DNA of 64,000 nucleotides from an uncultured candidate division Zixibacteria bacterium (GTDB lineage Bacteria > Zixibacteria > MSB-5A5 > GN15 > PGXB01): the NCBI GenBank assembly GCA_963702205.1, contig OY969724.1, forward strand, positions 3,776,001-3,840,000, in the 5' to 3' direction. The notes beneath the pieces are model-generated. The model was not told the origin of the DNA and made no database searches. It saw nothing but the letters and a program-made list of their open reading frames with translations. Every line of letters begins with the position of its first letter. Positions within the stretch are counted from its first letter, which is position 1. This document shows, one piece after another, positions 59,530-64,000 of the stretch. Both the position numbers and the translations under genes were made by a program.

Positions 59530-59919
59530 TGAGTTTCACTGTGCCACCTCAAATACGCTGACAATTTCACTACCAACCTTGTATTTCATCACCGATTTTC
59601 CACACCAATTTCAATCCCATTTCGGCTCATATAATAAAATGCCGCCATTTAAGTTACCGGGAATTGGCTTTGTCCGTTCACTTTTTTATTTCTTTGAACT
59701 ATCCGCGCCGCGAACAAAGACAAATATTACTCGTTTATTCATCAGTATAGACCTCTGCTATAGACCACCGCACAAAATCAACATTGAGTTGGCAGGGGTG
59801 GTCTTTGCAGGGATAACGACGTATAATATATTTATGTATAATAAGATCGATGTAACATAATTGACAAAACAGGTTATTTAACGCCCCTTTTAGGGAATTT
59901 CGGATTGAGGAGATATTTT

Positions 59920-61971
59920 ATGCTAAACAGAACCTGCGGCCTGGCCGCACTTGTCTTCGTGATGGCCCTGCCCCTGGCAGGCCGTGGATCGGATGAGCCG
60001 TTCGCGTACACACCCGTGGCTCGCGGCATTAATCCCGCCACTTTCGACAGCACTTATAAACCGTGCGACGATTTCTATCATTTTGTCAATGCCAGGTGGC
60101 AGGCCAGCAACCCGGTTCCTCCGGAGTACGGCAGCTGGAGTCTGGGTCACGAGATTTATGAGAACAATAACAAAATTCTCAAACAGATACTCGAAGACGT
60201 CTCGGCCCAATCTCCCGCGCAAGGAACCATGGACCAGAAGATCGGTGATTTTTATTACAGCGCGATGGACTCGGTCGCGATCGAGGCCGCCGGCATCAGT
60301 CCTTTGCACGACCAACTGGCCAAAATCGACGCGATTGCCAATCTGAAAGATCTGGCGGCGGTCATCGGCGGCAACCATGCCGGGGGAAGAAACAGCTTTT
60401 TCGATATCGATGCCGAACAGGACATCACCAATTCCGACCAGGTCATTTTGTATGCAAGCCAGGGCGGCTTGGGCCTGCCCGATCGGGATTACTATACGCG
60501 CGATGATGAGGCGTCAAAAAAGATTCGGGAGCAATACGTGGCGCACGTCGCCCGGATGCTGACATTTCTTGGGATAGATGAGGCCTCCGCGAAAACTCAG
60601 GCCGATGCGGTCATGGGCATAGAAACGAAGCTGGCCAAAGCATCGTTGACCAACGTCGAGAGCCGCGATCCGTCAACCTGGTACAATCTGAAGACCGCGG
60701 TCGAAGCCGACCAATTGACGCCGGAATTTTCGTGGGAAGACTATCTGGCCGCCATCGGTATTCCACAGGTGACGTCGTTCTCGCTGACTCCCGAAAAATT
60801 CTTTGTCGCGTTGAACGATGTGTTCATGGCGTCGTCGTTGGACGATCTCAAAAGCTATTTGCGCTGGCATTTGATAGATGCTTCGGCGTCGTACCTGAAT
60901 GCCGCCATCGTGCAGGCGGACTTCGATTTCTTCGGCACCGTCATGGGCGGTCGCAAAGAACTGCGGCCGCGCTGGAAGCGCGCGCTGGGCAGCGTAAGCC
61001 ATTACATCGGCGAGGGTTTGGGGCAGCTTTACGTGGAAAAGATGTTTCCGCCGCAATCCAAAGAACGGGCGCTGGCGATGGTCAACGATCTTAAGGCGGC
61101 GTTCAAGCAACGTTTGGAGAACCTTACCTGGATGAGCGATGAAACCAAAGCCAGGGCTATTGGGAAACTGGATTCGCTCGGTGAAAAAATCGGATACCCG
61201 GACAAATGGCGTGATTATTCAAAGCTCGAATTCGACCGTGGGAATTACCTCGACAACGTCCGCCGGGGCCGGGCTTTCGAAAGACGGCGCAATCTTAATA
61301 AAATCGGCAAGCCGGTCGACACGACCGAATGGGGTATGAACCCTCAAACCGTTAACGCCTATTACAATCCCCTGAAAAACGAGATTGTCTTCCCGGCCGG
61401 GATTCTGCAGCCGCCGTATTTCGACGGCCAGGCCGACGACGCCGTCAACTACGGTGCGATGGGGGCGATTATCGGACACGAGATGACGCACGGATTCGAC
61501 GACATGGGCAGCAAGTTCGACGCCAAAGGCAACATGGAGGAATGGTGGACGCCGCAAGACCGGGCCAGGTTCGATTCCCTCACGGAACAGATCGTCAAGC
61601 AGTTCGACGCATACAAAGTCGACGACAGTCTGGCGGTCAACGGGAAGCTTACGCTGGGCGAGAACATCGCCGACCTCGGCGGCCTGAACATTGCCTATCA
61701 GGCTTTGCAGATTGCCCGTAAGGGTAAGAAAGACCCGATGATCGACGGGTACACTCAAAACCAGCGGTTCTTCCTCTCGTTTGCTCAGGCCTGGAGAAGC
61801 AATTATACTCCCGAGACTATCACGCTTCAGGTGAACACCGATCCACACTCGCCCGACCAGTTCCGGGTGCTGGGACCGCTGTCCAACATGACGGCTTTCG
61901 AGAAAGCTTTTGGCTGTTCCGACAATGACCCTATGATGCGCCCGCCCGACAAACGGATTGTCATTTGGTAA
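59920..61971 (+). CDS. M13 (neprilysin/PepO-like) metalloendopeptidase
   Basis: 'PCDDFY', 'VNAYY', 'IGHEMTHGFD', 'GENIAD', 'DPHSP'. Confidence 0.95.
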   Translation: MLNRTCGLAALVFVMALPLAGRGSDEPFAYTPVARGINPATFDSTYKPCDDFYHFVNARWQASNPVPPEYGSWSLGHEIYENNNKILKQILEDVSAQSPAQGTMDQKIGDFYYSAMDSVAIEAAGISPLHDQLAKIDAIANLKDLAAVIGGNHAGGRNSFFDIDAEQDITNSDQVILYASQGGLGLPDRDYYTRDDEASKKIREQYVAHVARMLTFLGIDEASAKTQADAVMGIETKLAKASLTNVESRDPSTWYNLKTAVEADQLTPEFSWEDYLAAIGIPQVTSFSLTPEKFFVALNDVFMASSLDDLKSYLRWHLIDASASYLNAAIVQADFDFFGTVMGGRKELRPRWKRALGSVSHYIGEGLGQLYVEKMFPPQSKERALAMVNDLKAAFKQRLENLTWMSDETKARAIGKLDSLGEKIGYPDKWRDYSKLEFDRGNYLDNVRRGRAFERRRNLNKIGKPVDTTEWGMNPQTVNAYYNPLKNEIVFPAGILQPPYFDGQADDAVNYGAMGAIIGHEMTHGFDDMGSKFDAKGNMEEWWTPQDRARFDSLTEQIVKQFDAYKVDDSLAVNGKLTLGENIADLGGLNIAYQALQIARKGKKDPMIDGYTQNQRFFLSFAQAWRSNYTPETITLQVNTDPHSPDQFRVLGPLSNMTAFEKAFGCSDNDPMMRPPDKRIVIW

Positions 61972-62026
61972 TTGGGTTGATTTTATAATGCGATCGATCT
62001 ATTCAGGCGATCAATCGTAAAAATGA

Positions 62027-62059
62027 TAAAGGCCGGGACGTTCACGTTCCCGGCCTTTA
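62027..62059 (+). terminator. Intrinsic terminator
   Basis: TAAAGGCCGGGA...TCCCGGCCTTTA. Confidence 0.7.
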
Positions 62060-62072
62060 CTGTTTGATCTTG

Positions 62073-62102
62073 GTAGGTCGAAACCCCAGCGGTTTCGACA
62101 TC
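62073..62102. repeat. GTAG-type REP
   Basis: GTAG-GTCGAAACC-ccagc-GGTTTCGAC; related copies at 62380 and 63543. Confidence 0.8.
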
Positions 62103-62223
62103 TTGAGTGCACTACCCATTGGATTTTCTCTATCGCTTCATTCCATTTCTCACACCCTTAAAGGGTGTGTTACCAGGTTTTGACACGGCTCCTGACCCAC
62201 TATTTCTACCCCAAATCCTCCAA

Positions 62224-62340
62224 AATGTCATTCCCGCGTACGCGGGAATCCAGTTCTTTTCTTAATTCAAATAAAACGCTGACAATGAAAGTGCATGCGA
62301 TAATCTAATCCTGGATACCCGCTTTCGCGGGTATGACATT
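62224..62340. repeat. Inverted doublet of dRS3-like (ATTCCC-N8-GGGAAT) palindromes
   Basis: TGTCATTCCCGCGTACGCGGGAATCCAG ... CTGGATACCCGCTTTCGCGGGTATGACA. Confidence 0.8.
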
Positions 62341-62379
62341 GATCGAGTTTAATTGCTTAATCCGAGTCTAAGTAACCTT

Positions 62380-62457
62380 GTAGGTCGAAACTGCGGTTTC
62401 GACATCTTAATTGCACCACTCATACGAATTTCCAAAACCCGACATAGAATGTCAGGC
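62380..62457. repeat. About 80-bp REP-containing direct repeat, copy 1
   Basis: Near-identical to 63543-63623. Confidence 0.85.
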
Positions 62458-62624
62458 CATCCCGACCCCCTGTGAAAAGCCTAATAGAAGATTAGGAACA
62501 CAGGTAGTTTCCTCATTACCACGTTTGACACATACATCAGTGCCTTAAATCATCTTACAATGTCCGACAATATACATCAGTGCCTTAAATCACATCTCAC
62601 ACCCTAAAAGTATGTGTTACCGGG

Positions 62625-63200
62625 TTAATCCCCATCCAAAAAATCGATGAAACGATTTTTCCCGTGCCTCTTACCCTTTAACTCGACTTTTTCAATATCG
62701 TTATTATTGGCAATATCGTTTTTATATCCCCCAAATTGCAATTCAACATCGACAACGTCAGGTAAGAAACCCTGCGTCTTAAATGGTCCATAAAATAAAT
62801 GCCTATTTATTTGTCCATTATAAACATCATACCTGTCTTCAAGCAAAGTATCTCGAAACTTTGGCACGACATGGAATGAAGAATCACCGATTATTCGAAA
62901 TGAAATTGATGCAATGCTTGGCAAATCGGTGGAGCCTGCCCGAATTGAATCCAATTCCTGCACGACTATTAATGCGAATAAGGCATCGGTAGTTTGGTTA
63001 AATTTCTTGGAAAAGGCGGGATATACGTATCCCGCAGAATCGGATCCATATTCATAACAATATAGCTTGAAATCATTTTTAATGCCATTTATCTTGGCGG
63101 ATTCAGGGATAACATCATACCAATAATATCTGGGGCTGCATGCGCATATAACAGATAATATAATACCAAGAGTGAGCATTAATATCACATTTTTATTCAC
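62625..63200 (-). CDS. Hypothetical lipoprotein, AT-rich gene
   Basis: GTG start after GGAG; lipobox ICA-C. Confidence 0.7.
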   Translation of the reverse strand: MNKNVILMLTLGIILSVICACSPRYYWYDVIPESAKINGIKNDFKLYCYEYGSDSAGYVYPAFSKKFNQTTDALFALIVVQELDSIRAGSTDLPSIASISFRIIGDSSFHVVPKFRDTLLEDRYDVYNGQINRHLFYGPFKTQGFLPDVVDVELQFGGYKNDIANNNDIEKVELKGKRHGKNRFIDFLDGD

Positions 63201-63250
63201 TTATTCTCCGACATATTTACTTTGGCCTTTTATGCATAACACATAACTGA

Positions 63251-63589
63251 TCAATATTTATACCTGTTGCCGTTATAAATATAATATGAACGATAATAAT
63301 AGTAAGGTACGCGAGGGTAATCGCCGTGGTTTGACCATATTATATTCGGACCGGCGTCGAAAATCAAATGATGAATTTCGGTCCAAGGATTTTCCAAGCT
63401 GCCTCCGAATAAATCGATATGTGCTCTTATTGTTATACCATCTTCAACATAAGCAGGATCAAAAAAATCGACATGTAATGATCCTTCTCCTTCCGGTAGC
63501 CAATATCTTATATTTGTTTCAGAATGGTCAAGATTAGTCTTAGTAGGTCGAAACCCTTGCGGTTTCGACATCTTAATTGCATCACTCAT
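63251..63589 (-). CDS. Hypothetical protein or gene fragment whose N-terminus is encoded by the REP repeat
   Basis: The first 16 codons (including MSKPQGFRPT) are the reverse complement of the repeat at 63543; the remainder is AT-rich and protein-like. Confidence 0.4.
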   Translation of the reverse strand: MSDAIKMSKPQGFRPTKTNLDHSETNIRYWLPEGEGSLHVDFFDPAYVEDGITIRAHIDLFGGSLENPWTEIHHLIFDAGPNIIWSNHGDYPRVPYYYYRSYYIYNGNRYKY

Positions 63590-63623
63590 ACGAATTTATA
63601 AAACCCGCCATAGAATGTCGGGC
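63543..63623. repeat. About 80-bp REP-containing direct repeat, copy 2
   Basis: Near-identical to 62380-62457. Confidence 0.85.
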
Positions 63624-63659
63624 TAGCCCGGCCAAGCCGAAAATATTGTAACACGGGCC

Positions 63660-64000
63660 TTATTCCAACAAATATACAGATTTAATAATCACAAGAACGT
63701 CGAGGAGATTAATTTCGCCATCGCCATTCAAATCGCCCAGGGCTTTTTCGGGAATTGGATCCGGACTATCAAAATAGACATTGTCGAGCAGATACAGAAT
63801 ATCAATCAAATTCACATTATCATCCGCATTGACATCACCTTTTTTATGACCGATGAAATAAATCCACCCTTTTGAAATAAATGGAATTCCGGTATTGGAG
63901 TATCCTGAAATCTGGAAGGTCTTTTTGCCATTGCCCCACACCGCTCCATAGCTTTGAGTAAATTCCACCCGACTTACATCGATTTTATAGACGCTATTAT
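63660..64000 (-). CDS. Dockerin-domain protein, C-terminal part (5' end beyond window)
   Basis: Frame is open to the window edge; 'GDVNADDNVNLID...GDLNGDGEINLLD'. Confidence 0.85.
   Translation of the reverse strand, partial: NSVYKIDVSRVEFTQSYGAVWGNGKKTFQISGYSNTGIPFISKGWIYFIGHKKGDVNADDNVNLIDILYLLDNVYFDSPDPIPEKALGDLNGDGEINLLDVLVIIKSVYLLE

Noticed and set aside
62177..62192. TTTTGACACGGCTCC as an IS end
   Set aside because: It resembles an IS terminal repeat but has no nearby partner or transposase, so it is too weak to call.
62532..62592. 21-bp direct repeat ATACATCAGTGCCTTAAATCA x2 as a mini-CRISPR
   Set aside because: Only two copies, a 19-nt spacer, no palindrome and no cas genes; a local duplication is more likely.
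34555..63623. Integron attC sites around the AT-rich genes
   Set aside because: I could not find RYYYAAC...GTTRRRY-bounded imperfect palindromes or an integrase; the repeats are REP-like instead.

Overview
This is a 64-kb bacterial chromosomal segment with no rRNA, tRNA, CRISPR array or intact transposase/integrase that I can see. The combination of many dockerin-tailed and FlgD-Ig/T9SS-type-tailed secreted proteins suggests an FCB-related lineage such as Zixibacteria (inference only). In order, it contains: the end of a surface-polysaccharide cluster (Wzz-like, Wzi, epimerase, GT4); a SigR/SigH-like ECF sigma factor, ZAS anti-sigma and two TPR proteins upstream of a selenocysteine-containing SelD; murQ; an Rrf2-sufCBD-Rieske-sufSUT operon; a FabL-like reductase; secreted peptidases of six families (C1A, M6, S1, two S8, C10, M13); tsaA and an OsmC-like gene; a fungal-type single-chain homoaconitase-MFS-PrpD unit; an RHH/Cys-rich regulator ahead of znuACB; and a TetR/LolA-like/ABC/beta-barrel operon. 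Four candidates stand out. (1) A cellulosome-like cohesin-dockerin system built around proteases rather than glycosidases. (2) A LYS4-type homoaconitase paired with a PrpD-family enzyme, possibly the missing homocitrate dehydratase. (3) A non-Zur RHH metal regulator with a palindromic operator. (4) Several REP-like palindrome families that sit at the junctions of AT-rich gene insertions and of a gene 3'-end replacement. All family calls come from motif recognition by eye; no database searches were run.
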